From positions 144,398,001 through 144,462,000 of the forward strand of contig OZ024742.1 of the NCBI GenBank assembly GCA_964016885.1: a stretch of 64,000 nt of DNA. Reading direction: 5' to 3'. Below, in pieces: positions 1 through 14,065 of this stretch. A program made the translations under genes and the position numbers. The notes below the pieces were generated by a model that made no database searches, was not told the origin of the DNA, and saw nothing but the letters and a program-made list of their open reading frames with translations. The stretch's first letter is position 1; each line of letters begins with the position of its first letter. Source of the DNA: Eledone cirrhosa. Lineage: Eukaryota.

Positions 1-399
1 AAGAGAGAAACTGATAGAAGTGCTGGTAGATAGACAGACAGGCAAGAAGTACAGGTAAATAGATAGGAAACTGGACGCATAGTCGAACAGAAAATAAATA
101 CACCGATTAGAAAATTCATGCAATAATGCTGAAAAGTGAGCGGAGAAAAATAATACATGTGTATATTGGGACCGCTTTTAAGAGATACGAGTATCAATTT
201 AATCAAGAGCATCTAAATCTAATCTCTCCATCTTTGTCTCTCTAACGTTGACAGGTAGATCGATAAGTAGACAAAAATTGGTAAGTCTAATAGATATAGC
301 CACACGCATCTACTTATGTACATGCTCATCTACCTACATTTAGCGAGCAGCAGACATGTTGAAGTAATCATACGTTGAATATCTATCTATCTATCTCTT

Positions 400-478
<79 letters not shown>

Positions 479-665
479 GCAAATGTGTAGACATATAGAG
501 ATATGTAGATAGACAGACACCTAGCTATTTAGACTGGTGAATGGTTTGTTCATTGATAGACAGATCGGAAGCAAACGGAACAGTACACACATGCGACAAT
601 AAAGCAGTGATATATAAATAGGTAAACGAGGATTATCACAAAGAACTAGGAGACTTTCTGTAAAA

Positions 666-734
666 TCAATCCAAGGATCCAATAAGGTTTCTTTCCATTT
701 CATCACTCAGCTTTTCAAATCTCCGTTTAAAACG
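666..734 (-). CDS. Last coding exon of same gene: RFKRRFEKLSDEMERNLIGSLD*
   Basis: Acceptor ttactttatcactcag|C in phase 0; open to TGA at 668-666. Confidence 0.45.
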   Translation of the reverse strand, partial: RFKRRFEKLSDEMERNLIGSLD

Positions 735-817
735 CTGAGTGATAAAGTAAATAGAAATTCTGGTCACAACATAAATTTACACTGATACCAAATATAAATA
801 AATATAAAGAATGATAC

Positions 818-872
<55 letters not shown>

Positions 873-1219
873 CTCTATAGACAAAACTGATGTGTGTGTG
901 TGTTTGAGTAAACAAGATTGGTTGACTTACAAAGCATTGGGAAATTTGAAAATATAGTCACCACAATGCAAAGTACTTCTAGAGACGGGAAAACTGTTCA
1001 CATTAAGGGGTACTTTACCCGATTTATTCAACATTATTTATAGCTATCAACTACTATTATAGCTATCCGCACTGTAGCGATTATATTTTCAAATATATAT
1101 ATATATATATCCAAACATATATGTGAATGAATTATATATATATATAATTCAATTATATATATATATACACACACACATACATATGTATGTATACATACAT
1201 AAATACACACACACACACA

Positions 1220-1250
<31 letters not shown>

Positions 1251-1253
<3 letters not shown>

Positions 1254-1459
1254 CACGTCGTAAGAAAGGTTTGTACTTCATACATATACATACGTACATG
1301 CATACGTGTATATATATACGTATTTATATATATGTATGTACTACACACTCAAATGTACAAACCTTTCTTACGACGTGTATATATATATATATATATATAT
1401 ACGTATTTATATATATGTATGTACTACACACACTCAAAAGTACAAACCTTTCTTACGAC
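1251..1459. repeat. Small (TA)n-flanked inverted repeat plus local direct duplication
   Basis: 1251-1276 is the reverse complement of 1355-1380; 1318-1374 is repeated at about 1401-1459. Confidence 0.8.
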
Positions 1460-1713
1460 ATGCATACCTTTCTGGAAGATATTCACAAATATTAAAACCA
1501 ACAGCGATTTGTACATAGGTATAGTTGTATATAATCTGCACACTATGATGGAATAAATCGCTATAGATATATGCCTACACACAAATTCACCATACACTCC
1601 CCCCCCTCCCACCCACCCACCCAAATGTAGAATCGACTAAAAGATACCATAGTATAATTATGTTAATGATTTTAAGGTTTTTAGAATATTTGTTGTCGAA
1701 TTTGTAGTCATAC

Positions 1714-1810
1714 TAGGTAGTTTGTTGCTATGGAACTTTTTAAAGATTGGTGAAAAGCAAAGCCACCATTTCTGTTATTTGCTAACGCAAGCATTCTCAT
1801 AGACTCTCCT
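1714..1810 (-). CDS. Coding exon 4 of same gene: GESMRMLALANNRNGGFAFHQSLKSSIATNYL
   Basis: Acceptor ttgtttcag|A; 97 nt open in the required frame; donor GTATGA in phase 0. Confidence 0.55.
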
Positions 1811-2091
1811 CTGAAACAACGTGAGAAATATATCTATCTAATATCTGCCCCTTTCCTTTTCTCCTTCTCCACTCCAGTAGACAACGATTACAGGCAGCTG
1901 CTCATATTAAACGATGGTACAAATCAATGTTGGGAGATTAGAAAGAAAAGTTGAATTGCAAAGATGGTCAAATCATTTGGATGTAAGCATAACGAACTAA
2001 AAGAGATTTGTTTCTGTGTCATCTGTTAATTTTTGCATCAACAGCCAACAGAAATTGTATATAACTTAGGTATCCAGGCCATTGCACCTAC

Positions 2092-2133
2092 GGCTTCTCC
2101 AACCACGAGCTTGTCGAAGCTGCCGAATGACCC
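2092..2133 (-). CDS. Coding exon 3 of same gene: GHSAASTSSWLEK(P)
   Basis: Long polypyrimidine tract then tctcactcag|G; 42 nt, phase 2 to phase 2; donor GTAGGT. Confidence 0.55.
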
Positions 2134-2289
2134 CTGAGTGAGAAAGAGAGAGAAAGAAGAAGGTAGGATTGATTGTAGATAGGGAGAATGGAAAATAGAG
2201 AAAATCGCAGAGAAGCCGAAATGAATAGTATAAAAACAAAACTAAGGAATAGAGGGTGTTTGGTGAGACTAAAATATCTCTCTCTCTCT

Positions 2290-2331
<42 letters not shown>

Positions 2332-2374
2332 ATATATATACATATACACATAAGCCGAACAAAATTAAAACTAC

Positions 2375-2432
2375 TCTGCCTTGGCAAACATCACGTAAAT
2401 GTCGATGGCTGCCGCAGAATCGATGATGCTTA
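2375..2432 (-). CDS. Coding exon 2 of same gene: (V)SIIDSAAAIDIYVMFAKA(E)
   Basis: Acceptor ccatttcag|TA completes the phase-1 codon GTA; 58 nt; donor GTAGTT in phase 2. Confidence 0.6.
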
Positions 2433-2777
2433 CTGAAATGGATAGTTAAAGGAAGACGACCAATTAACAATTAATCCCATCTTTATTTATTCATACATAT
2501 GCAAACTGACACAGTCCAAACAACACTTTTACGTACACGCACAACCACAAACCTAACAACCAGCACAACTCGTATACATACAATACATACACACACAAAT
2601 CTCACCACAGATCGCACACGCGCTAAATCTGTACAGATGAGTTAGTTACATACGCATGGTTTTATACATGATCACACACATACACACACACACACAGATG
2701 CACCCACAAACACGCGCACACAAACTAACATTCGCATAAAGACTCGACATCGTATATCAACAAATAATTACTCATAC

Positions 2778-2831
<54 letters not shown>

Positions 2832-3073
2832 ATGTGTGTGCATGTATCTATATGTATGTATGTATGTTTGTATTCATTCATTCGCAAAACCTGGGAAGTA
2901 AATATATTTTTACATGCAAACATTTAAAATATCTTTAGTACAAATATTCTCGTTTCATTCATTTTCATTTAGATTTTATCTTAATCGTTCTTTGTTTCCT
3001 TTTTATTTTATTTTATTTTTCCGCATTTATTAAACGAAAGAGAAATGAAAATGAAATGAAATAACATACTAAC

Positions 3074-3314
3074 CGGGTGTCGGACGAGAAGGTACAATTT
3101 GGGGGTCTCCGTGATTTATCTGTACAAAACTGTATTTCACTTGGTCGCACTGGTCGGTTTTGTTGCTGTTGCTATACTGAATTAAGGGAACTGACAGCTC
3201 GCCAGCGGGACCAGTAGGTAAAACATTACTGCTACAGAAAGAAAACGACCACAAAACCGATAGCAACACTAACAACACCAACCGTTTGCTAACGGCCATA
3301 ATTTGTTTCTCCAT
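3074..3314 (-). CDS. Coding exon 1 of putative secreted protein gene (signal peptide; 168 aa total)
   Basis: ATG at 3314; MEKQIMAVSKRLVLLVLLSVLWSFSFCSS resembles a signal peptide; ends in phase 1 at donor G|GTTAGT. Confidence 0.65.
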
Positions 3315-4167
3315 CGCTTTTTTTTCTCCTATTGAATATTGATGATGTATATATATATATATTGTATTTCTAACGATCGATAGATTTATCGATCTAACTT
3401 TATAAATGTGAATATATGTATGTATTTGTGTATGTATAGATGTATATATATATATATATGGATATATTTATATATATGTGTTAGGTTAATGTTTTCAAAA
3501 TAGAGTTTAAAAGCATATGCATATATATTAGAAAGAAACAATATATATGTATATTTATAAGTATGTATGTATGTATGTATGTATGTATGTTTATATACGC
3601 TTAGATGTGTATCTATGAATGTGTGTATGTGTGTGAAAAAAAACACCTTTTTGTATTATTTATCCTTGCTGTTGTTTATAACCGAAGGTAGACTTGTCCT
3701 GCGGTTGTGTCACACACACTACTTATGTCTAAGCCGCTGCCGAGTAGGAGCTTAAGAAAAATTTGTCTTAACACCACCACTGCCACTACTACTACTACTG
3801 TTGCTGCTGCTGCTGCTGTTTCTACTGCTGCTACTACCTCTGATATCAGCAGCACTACCACCGCTATCACTAATATAACTACTATTGATATATTTAAAGA
3901 GAGGGAAGAGGAGAAAATACCACAGCGACAGCGACGATCACCAACACCACCAGCACCAAAACCACTATCATCACCGTCGCCACCACTACAACTAGGACTA
4001 TTAGCGCTGGTACCACCTCCACCCCTTACCTCCAACTATCTCTGATACTACCGAACAGTTCCTTTCCTCTGACTATAACTATCTCCACCTCGCATGCGCC
4101 TATCGCTGTTGCTCTTTACAACCATCTCCTAAAACCCACTCCTGCCATCCTTCTAATTGTCTCCTAC

Positions 4168-4249
<82 letters not shown>

Positions 4250-4468
4250 GTTCCCTCTCTCTCCCTCTTTATAATGTCTTTCACAACTATATTTTTATCG
4301 TTCTGCAATACGTCCGTCTGTATCTTTTACTGTTGCTGTTAATACACATTTTCTCTTCCACTCTCTTCTTTCCTTATTTCTTACTGTTGCTGCTTATAAG
4401 CACCTTTTTCCCTATATATCCACTCTTCCTTTTTTCAATATACTGTATATATTTTCTCTTTATCACAC

Positions 4469-4525
<57 letters not shown>

Positions 4526-4539
4526 TTTTAATATATATG

Positions 4540-4590
4540 AGATTCTACAGGACTAGAACTGTTTCATTCTTTAGAAATCATCAGGAATCT
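4540..4590 (-). ncRNA. Type I hammerhead ribozyme motif (family C)
   Basis: Minus strand agattc-CTGATGA-tttc taaa gaat-GAAA-cag ttctagtc ctg-TA-gaatct; all three stems pair; in a ~100 bp island between two (TA)n tracts. Confidence 0.75.
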
Positions 4591-5015
4591 GTGGTTACCT
4601 CCGATTCAACCCGGAATAACGTATATATATATATATATATATATTGTAAACGGGCATTATTATTATTAATGTTATTATTATTATTATTCTCTACACTCCT
4701 TACATCAAACTAAAAATATGTTGACAATCTTTTAATAATGTCTTCCTTGTGAATTTTGTGGTCTTGTTTTGCTTAACTAATGAATATATATATATATATA
4801 TATATACACTCATATATATATACACTCATATATATACATGCACACACACACACACATATATATACATACATATATATATATATGACAGCCAGAAATAGAG
4901 AGGTGCACGAACTTTCTTTTTGGATGAAGCGGACATCCAAACGCGCGCATCTAATAATGACATCTGCGTATTGCGGTTAATGTATCTACGTTGGAACTCA
5001 TTCGGCTAATCTTCT

Positions 5016-5055
<40 letters not shown>

Positions 5056-5490
5056 TCTCTCTCACTCTCTCTCTCTCAAATTCTCTTTATCACTCTTCGT
5101 CGCTTTCATTATTAAAAAGCTGTGTGTGTGCACGCGTGTTTTGAGGTACACTTAGATGAGGAGACGCACGACACAGCTTCCCTCTTTCCTAAACGAAACA
5201 TGCGATAACACGCAAGTTGCTAAACATACAAAAATACTAATATATGACTCATGTCTACAATCACACATACATATACACACAATTACATTAATTAATAAGT
5301 ATTATCTTTATAATTTTAAATATACCTGTATGTATCTTTCTATCTATATTTTCATATATATGTATGCATGTTTATGTGTGTAAAAATACATGATGCAGCT
5401 AAAACCCATTTGCGCTAATTGGAATTAAAGTAATTTGAATAATACTGATGTTTTAAATATGTATCTATAACAACTGAAGTTATGTATGTA

Positions 5491-5584
<94 letters not shown>

Positions 5585-6902
5585 CACTCATACACACACA
5601 TGATGGACAATACACCAACTTATAGCTGAGAAGCGCGTATATTTTATGCGTCTATTGTCGGTGAAAGGTGATAATTGTTTGCATGTATGCACGCACGAAA
5701 AAATATATATATTACTGATAATTCTAAGTTAGATCTTTTCTTTCTTCTTGCTTTCATATATATTTGCCTTGTTTTGATTTGCTTTTTAATATAGGCACTG
5801 ACTAAAACTGCTTCTTCAGCATGGCAAAGGCTGAGACTCTAGGTACCGATCAACATGCTAGAAATAGCAATTGAAATCCTCTCAGATGACTCTCATATCG
5901 TCTTAAACAACGCATAACACACATAGGATATGTAGTTTTTTAATATATGTCGGAAATTACCACTGGATGGTCACGATTGGAATGCATTTGTTTATAGGTC
6001 AACTCGATCAGATTTTATGGCTAAAATCAACACAACTGTTTATTCGTTTTTTTTTTTTTTTTCAGCGAGCTTACGCGGGAGCCTCCTAGAAACACCAGCC
6101 AAACATCTTTCCAATTACATCCTAACATCTTAAAGAAATGGAAGGATGAGTTGACCTGGAGCTAAACAACAGCAATTTCTTCGGGATTTATATATAATAT
6201 ATAAATAGGAACTTCTAGTCTGTTCACTGAGTTAGTTATTCCTGTGTGTCACATACGCACAGTAGCGCGCGTAGTTTTGTAGCTATGGTAAGTAGGCCGA
6301 GTAAAAAGGTTTATTTATTTCCGATATGTGCTAAACCCTCTAGTTTCACGTTGCTAGTGTTACGTTGATACAGAACTATTAGATTGTGATGATGGTGGTG
6401 GTGATGAATAATGATGAATATAAGTCATTTATTATATTTAATTAAAACCGATTAACTCCACCATTTAAGAACTACTCAGCAGCATTCTCTTTCACACAAA
6501 CACGTATTCTACACTTTCGCTCAAATACAAACACATCCACGCACACTCACGAATATATTATTTCAGACAAAAACACACGCAGACACCAGACACACACACA
6601 CACAAACACCTAAATGTGTGACGTAACAGAATCTGGATGTTTCCATTGGTCAATATTTCTGCGGTGACTCACCTCTTTACTCGTGATGATGGAGATGATG
6701 GTCGTGGAAGTAGTAACAATCGTGATGACGACGGTGATGGCGTTAGTGGAGAAGGCGTGAAGATTAGTTTTTCCTAAAATGCCGAGAAAAGGCGTGGATA
6801 CGCAAAAATGGAGAGTTGCTAGCTAGCCTTTGCACCATTTGTTTCTTAATTCTTTGTCACTCAGAATATATTTATATACTTACACACACACACACATATA
6901 TG

Positions 6903-7189
<287 letters not shown>

Positions 7190-7574
7190 GTATGTGTCTG
7201 TGTGTTTATATATATACACAGAGACACACACACACAAACAAGCATTTATAAGAAAGAAAAACACTTTCGGCAATGACTGACCATGAGTTTTCACCGGGAA
7301 ATTCCCCTCCAAGGTGGAATACCAGCAGTCCATACATATTGGTCAGTCCTCCCACATCACTATTGTTGTCTCAGGGAGAGGTAACAGCTGATACAGTTTA
7401 GCACCAGGCTCACCGTAACACCTAAAAAAAAAAAAAGAGAAAAGAAAAATCGGACTGGAGCAACGTCAAAAGAAGTGTCTTGCTGCAGGACACATGTCGC
7501 CCGGTCTGAAAATCCAAGTCACAACCCTTCGGTTGTGAGCCCAACATCCAAACCCACACAACCACTCATCACAC

Positions 7575-7654
<80 letters not shown>

Positions 7655-7666
7655 GCCCACATAACA

Positions 7667-7840
7667 ATTGTTTCTACTTTTGGCACAAGGCCAGCAATTA
7701 CTCCAGTACATCACTGGTGCTTTATTTTATCGACCCCCGTAAGGAATAAAGGCAAAGCTAAACTCGGCGGGATTTGAACTCAGAACGTAAAGGGCCATAA
7801 CTCTATGCTGCAACGCATGGTGTCTGACGCTTCATGGATT
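7667..7840 (-). mobile_element. tRNA-derived Nin-domain SINE copy
   Basis: Reverse complement carries B box gagttcaaatcc, the gcctttcatcc..ggggtcgataaa core and the ggccttgtgcc..agaaac tail. Confidence 0.8.
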
Positions 7841-8320
7841 CACGCCCAGTCTGTCTTCCTCTATTCCCCTATCCTACCTTTTCCATGCCTCCGTGTTATT
7901 TTTCTTTGCACGTTGAACTATAGACCAACTATTCTTTTGCTTCTGCCCTTTCTATATATTTCTCCTTTCGCTAAACTACCACGCACTGTTTCAATTTCCC
8001 TCTTCCATTTTAGTTGATGCATTTTGGTTTATAATAATTTTTTTCCGTCTACATTTGTTTAAATCGACGAAAGGTACAACTCGTCCTCTATCTACCCGTT
8101 GTTTTGTTGCGTCCCAATGTTCACTGGAATGAATAGTAACAACCTTGATGCACTGAAACTATAATGATTTCCAGAAGTTATCTTTGTCCTGTGGGCCCAC
8201 TGTTTTATTATATATGATATATAATCTAAACTATAATAAAGTAAGGAGCGCGGGACTGCGTACTGTTTATAATTGTTTATCCCATTAGTAAAATAAGTTG
8301 GATTACTTTGAATAAATAAT

Positions 8321-8537
8321 GGTTTCTTATATAGGCACAAGGCCAGCAATTTTGGGCGAGGGGTAAGTCGATTAAATCGACCCCAGTGCGTGACTGGTAC
8401 TTTATTTTATCGACCCCGTAAGGATGAAAGGCAAAGTTAACTTCGGCGGGATTTGAACTCAGATCATAAAGAGCCGTAACTCTATGCTGCAAAGCATGGT
8501 GTCCGACCCTCTACTGATACTGCCAATCGACCGCCCT
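8321..8537 (-). mobile_element. Full-length Nin-domain SINE with 18-bp TSD
   Basis: Same family; ttactttgaataaataat is duplicated at 8303-8320 and 8538-8555. Confidence 0.9.
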
Positions 8538-9043
8538 TTACTTTGAATAAATAATTAATGAATATTACATAATTTATCTACTAAATTTCGTGGCTGTTGA
8601 TTAAATATATTTGATTGTTTATTTAAAGATTCACTTCTTTAACATTTTCAAATGTCAACACTTCCGGTTAGCAATCGCTTAAATAAACATACATATATTT
8701 CCGTCACTAATTTTCTCCTAATGCAGTTTATATATAATATCGTCTTTCTTTAATGTATCATGGATTACATTATTGATTACATAAAACAGTGTAACGCAAT
8801 CTTCGTTCAATTTCTGTGTATATTGTCAATTACGATTTTATTTGATGTATCATATCTACATGTATATATAGTTGCGTATAATATCAATATACACACTACA
8901 CATGCTAGCAGAAAACCACCGGAAGGGTGGTTTTTCTGCTTGTATATATAATATTGGGTATGAATAGAAGTTGTAGCCACAATATCGCATATACTAATCG
9001 AATTTTATAGCTAAAAGTTAATACATTTTCGTCCAGAGTAAAC

Positions 9044-9330
<287 letters not shown>

Positions 9331-10557
9331 TATGTGTGTGTGTTGAAATAATATGAAGCAAGCAAGGGTGTACATTTCTATAGTCTGAACGGTTTCATAC
9401 CCTTGGAACAATTTCTGACAATGCAGTGGTGAAAGCAACAAGCATGTTTCGATCTTATTAGTTCTCGCCAGAGAAGCATATATACTCAGGAATTTGTTTT
9501 GGTTAGACCATCCAAATAGATATAGGAAAGGGGAAAGAAATTATGTGCTCATAATTTACAACACCCTATTTGTATATATACACATGCAGACCATTCACCT
9601 AGTGCATTTTCGTCTGCCGCCTGTTTTGAAAAGCCGATAGCGTCAGTAAAATTTGGAAGTAAACATATTATACATATCATACATATTATTAATTATTATA
9701 CATATATGCATGCATGTATGTGTGTGCGCGCGCAGGATTTTATATACCTCCTTTTTTTCCAGATCTTTAGAAGCCCTGCAAAGTTCATAAGCGTTGCCGT
9801 TCCTCCTCTAACTAAACCATTAAAAATGCCCATAATAAGCGGCAACAATACGGGATGAGGTGGAGATAGAGCATCCCAAGACTCTGATAATCATCCTCTG
9901 CTCTGGATAATACACTCTCTCCGCATTTCTAAACCGGGAGCGAAACTGCAAAGGCTGCATTTTATACAATCTACTATGAAATTTAGTACAATACTTTTCT
10001 CCTTGCTCACATCTATGGTTTCAAGTAATACTTAAACATATGAATTAAGTTTCAAGTTAGTTTTGAAAGCATTGTGACAATATTATGAAAAATGTTATTT
10101 ATTAAAATTCCAAAGAAATGAGTGAAATGACTTGTTACTTTACACGCATTTTTGGGATTTTTAGTCATTTAAAATGTTTATATTACTTATGTAACCCATA
10201 TACAACCTGCCACATGGTTGGGACGTGGGAGTGTAATTTTTAGACACATTGTGGATAAAAAGCAAAACCCATTAAAGGGTGGAGGAACTTAGGAGATCAA
10301 CGGCCATCTAATCCTATGTAAAAGAAAAACGAATAGACAGAGTTCGTTAGTCTTTGTTGGAAGTCAGTCCAGAAAAGGGGCGTGCAACAGGTGGCCCGCC
10401 GGTCACAATCCGGTCCGCTCGACCAGTCAGAGAGGCCTGCGATGACCGTTTATAATTTTTACCTCGTAGGCTTATTTAAAAATTTTTCCTAACCGTAATA
10501 CAATTTTCTGTTAGTTGACTTATACTAAAGGGCTTCACTGATAGAGTTATGTGTTAT

Positions 10558-10943
10558 AATTGTTTCTACTTTTGGCACAAGGCCAGCAATTATCCCAGTG
10601 TATTACTGGTACTTTATTTTATCGACCCCGTAAGAATGAAAGGCAAAGTTAACCTCGGCGGGATTTGAACTCAGAATGACAAGGGCCGTAACTCTTTGCG
10701 TCAAAGCATGGCGTCAGACCCTCTACCGATACTGCCAATCCACCGCCGTTCCAAATAATAACTGTTTCTACTTTAGGCACAAGGCCAACAATTACACAGT
10801 ACATTACTGGTACTTTATTTTATCGACCCCGTAAGGATGAAAGGCAAAGTTAACCTCGGCGGGATTTGAACTCAGACTGTAAAGGGACGTAACTATGCTG
10901 GAAAGCATGGCGTCCGACCCTCTACTGATACAGCCAATCCACC
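10558..10943 (-). mobile_element. Two tandem Nin-domain SINE copies
   Basis: Copies at about 10558-10748 and 10762-10943 with the same core and tail. Confidence 0.88.
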
Positions 10944-11547
10944 AGTAATAGTGTTGCTGCTGCGCCATCATCTATGAGCTCACGAGTGCAGCTCTACGTG
11001 GTCGTTCAAGCGATTTGAATAACCGTCAAATCTCCCTCATATCATACCTTATAGTTTTAAACAAGGAAAGCACACGTTACATAATTTAGTCGTAGATCTA
11101 ATATGTCCGAAATAAAAAAAAAATACTACTTGCATTGTCATGAGTACAATGTTTTTTATCGTAAATTTGTTCCATCAATGATGACTTGTAATCAATCCTC
11201 CTCCACCTTCACATCACCCTCCTCATCCTCCCCGTACTCCTCTCCTCGTCCTTCACCTCCTTCTCCACGTTCTCCATTATCATCACTACCATCATAATGA
11301 ACAATAACTACTGCCATCATTTGTGAAAGAAAAATTGGTTTGCATTGTCTGCCAACTTCAAATAGAATTCAAATATCTTTCCCTTGAAGGGAGATATTTC
11401 ACAACAAATAGCTTCTCTGCAGTTAATAAATATGTTACAATTCAATGAAACAATATGAAGCAATTTACATCGAAATGGATTTAAATAATTCCGTTTCCGA
11501 GTGGTATTGTTCAACATGATTAAAATAGTTATTAGCTAAACATAATA

Positions 11548-12460
11548 ATTTCTAATTTAGGCACAAGGCTGGCTATTTGTAGGGAAGAGAAAGTCGATTA
11601 TATCAACCACAGTATTTTACTGGTACTTTATTTTTTCGACCTCAGAAGGAAAAAAAGTAAAGTTGACAACGGCCGGATTTGAACTCAGAACGTGAAGGGT
11701 CGTAACTGAATGCTGCAAAGCATTTTGTTCGACGCTCTAACGATTCTGCTAATCTGCCACTCTTAATAGTTAAAAATAATTATATTGATTTCTTACATAG
11801 GCACAAGGTAAGAAATTTAGTTGGGGGTATAGTTGATTACATCAATTCTGGTCCTTGAATAGCTCTTATTTTATCGACCTCTGTGTGATTCGAGCTTAGA
11901 GCGTAAAGAGGTGCAATTAATACCGTAAGCCATTTTGTTCGACTCCTTACAAATCCTACCAAATCACTGCTCTTCAAACACATTTACAACATTAGAGATT
12001 TGAAGGGAAGGTATAATCAATTAATTATACCCCAGAATTTTATTTACACTTTATTTCATTTAACCCGGAAAGATGAAAGGCGAATTTAATCTTGGCGAAA
12101 TTTCAACTCTGAAAACATAGTTACCGCCAGTATTTTGTCTACTGTTCTACAGTTTGTGCCATAAACCACTCTGACAATGATTTGTAACATAAGTATAACC
12201 CCGAAAAATTTAGGGGTGTAATCTATTTAATGGACACCAGATTATAACAGGTATTTATTTTATCTATTCCGGAAGGTTGAAATCTAAAGTGGAATCTGAA
12301 GAGGTATTAATTTAAGGGTCGTGAGTAAGTCACTAAGAAAGTGGCATTAGATTATCGGACAAAATACCTCGTAGAATATATTTCGGCTATTTGTGTTCAA
12401 ATCTCACCAAGGTCAATTTAGGGTTTTATCTTCTGAGGTCGATAAATAAAGTACCAGTTT
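11548..12460. mobile_element. Cluster of older, diverged SINE copies (four minus, one plus)
   Basis: Recurring tttct..ggcacaagg, ttttatcgacc and gatttgaactc motifs at about 11548, 11787, 11990 and 12178, and inverted at about 12340. Confidence 0.7.
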
Positions 12461-12717
12461 AGCGTATCAGATTATGCTATTAGTCACTTGTGTGGTTGAC
12501 TCAAATAGCCACTCGATTTAGAACGACCTTTGGATGACTTTGTTAAAAACATTCGGACTAGATCTCCAGTTCTTCCTGTCTTTCTACCATTGTCAGAGGC
12601 CCTGAACAGTTTCATGAACACTACACTTCTTCCTGACTAAGTGATAAAAATAACTACAGTCATTTCATTCAATGTCTCGACAATTCGGGGATCTGCCGTC
12701 CCGATGATGATATAAAT

Positions 12718-12927
12718 AATTGTTTCTTATATAGGCACAAGGCCAGCAATTTTAAGGGTGGGGAAAGTCGATTAAATCGACCCCAGTGCGTGACTGGTAC
12801 TTTATTTTATCGACCCCGTAAGGATGAAAGGCAAAGCTAACCTCGGCGGGATTTGAAGTCAGAACGTAAAGGGCCGCAACTCTATGCCGATAAGCATGTC
12901 CGACGCTCTATTGATACTGCCAATCCA
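12718..12927 (-). mobile_element. Nin-domain SINE copy
   Basis: Same family motifs. Confidence 0.88.
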
Positions 12928-13127
12928 CTAATGACGCCTTCCTTATTTCCTACAAGGGCAACACAAAAGCAAAACTTGCTAAAGGGGGCAAGCGAAAACA
13001 AACATTTTAGACATTTTACATAATCATAATACAAAATGTAAACAACAAAGTTATATACAAGCATCTTAGAGTTTATGAATAACTAGGGGCACGTGTCAGT
13101 TGTAGTTTCATTATTTGTTGAAGATTA

Positions 13128-13554
13128 GGGCGGTGGATTGGCAGTATTGGTAAAGGGTCGAACCCCATGCTTTGCAGCAAAAGGTTACGGCCCTTTATGG
13201 TCTGAGTTCAAATCCCGCCGAGGTTAACTTTGCCTTTCATCCTTACGGGGTCGATAAAATAAAGTACCAGTAATGTACTGGGTAATTGCAGGCCTTGTGC
13301 CAAAAGTAGAAACAATTATTTGTTGAAGATTAGGGCGGTGGATTGGCAGTATCAGTAGAGGGTCGGACGCCATGCTTTGCAGCCTAAAGTTACGTCCCTT
13401 TATGATCTGAGTTCAAATGCCGCCGAGGTTAACTTTGCCTTTCATCCTTACGGGGTCGATAAAATAAAGTACCAGTCACACACTGGGGTCGATTTAATCG
13501 ACTTTCCTCTCTCTCTCCCCCCAAATTGCTGGCCTTGTGCCTACATAAGAAACC
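13128..13554 (+). mobile_element. Two head-to-tail Nin-domain SINEs sharing a triplicated target site
   Basis: Copies 13128-13314 and 13333-13554; attattt(g/a)ttgaagattag at 13110, 13315 and 13555. Confidence 0.9.
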
Positions 13555-14065
13555 ATTATTTATTGAAGATTAGTGTGGGATGATAAATGATTTTAAGTCT
13601 CTTTCTAAGGTACAGAAAGGTCCCAGTACTTTTAATTACCATTGGCTCTTTGTTTTGGATTGCTACTGTAATGCCCGTGTTTTCTTCTTTAACTTTCAAG
13701 ATTCAGATTTATTTATGAAATGCGGCGGTTTTCTCTTTGTGTTACCAATGGATTGCTATGTAGCTGATTGAGATGATATTTGTGAAAATGTCAGTATAGT
13801 ATACAACATTCAATATTCCGGCAAACTGACACATTTTGTTTTTGATTTCTTTGCAATGCTTTGACATTTTTACCCACTGAAAATATTCTGCATGCAGTTA
13901 TAGCTTACGTTTATGTTCTTATTGAACAACTGATAGAACATGTTCTTGATTGGGAGATGCTTGCTGATCAGGAAGAGAGAATTTTTTGAAACACATGTTA
14001 GGTTATGTCATATAACATTCGTCTTTAGAGTATTTTAGGGTGTTTTTGTTGTTGTTGTTGTTGTT

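Noticed and set aside
3676-4045. Thr/Ala/Pro-rich ORFs on both strands resembling a mucin or membrane protein
   Set aside because: Built from degenerate (ACT/GCT/ACC)n simple repeats; no convincing splice sites or domain.
8907-8945. GC-rich hairpin followed by T-run resembling a bacterial terminator or Helitron end
   Set aside because: Eukaryotic context makes a terminator meaningless, and no Helitron body or exact CTRR end is visible.
9435-9480. Possible decayed hammerhead on the minus strand (CTGGCGA..GAAAC)
   Set aside because: Core mutated and stems I and III do not pair convincingly.
9760-9860. Strong-looking splice acceptor ctcctttttttccag on the plus strand
   Set aside because: All three frames stop within about 100 nt and no partner exons were identified.
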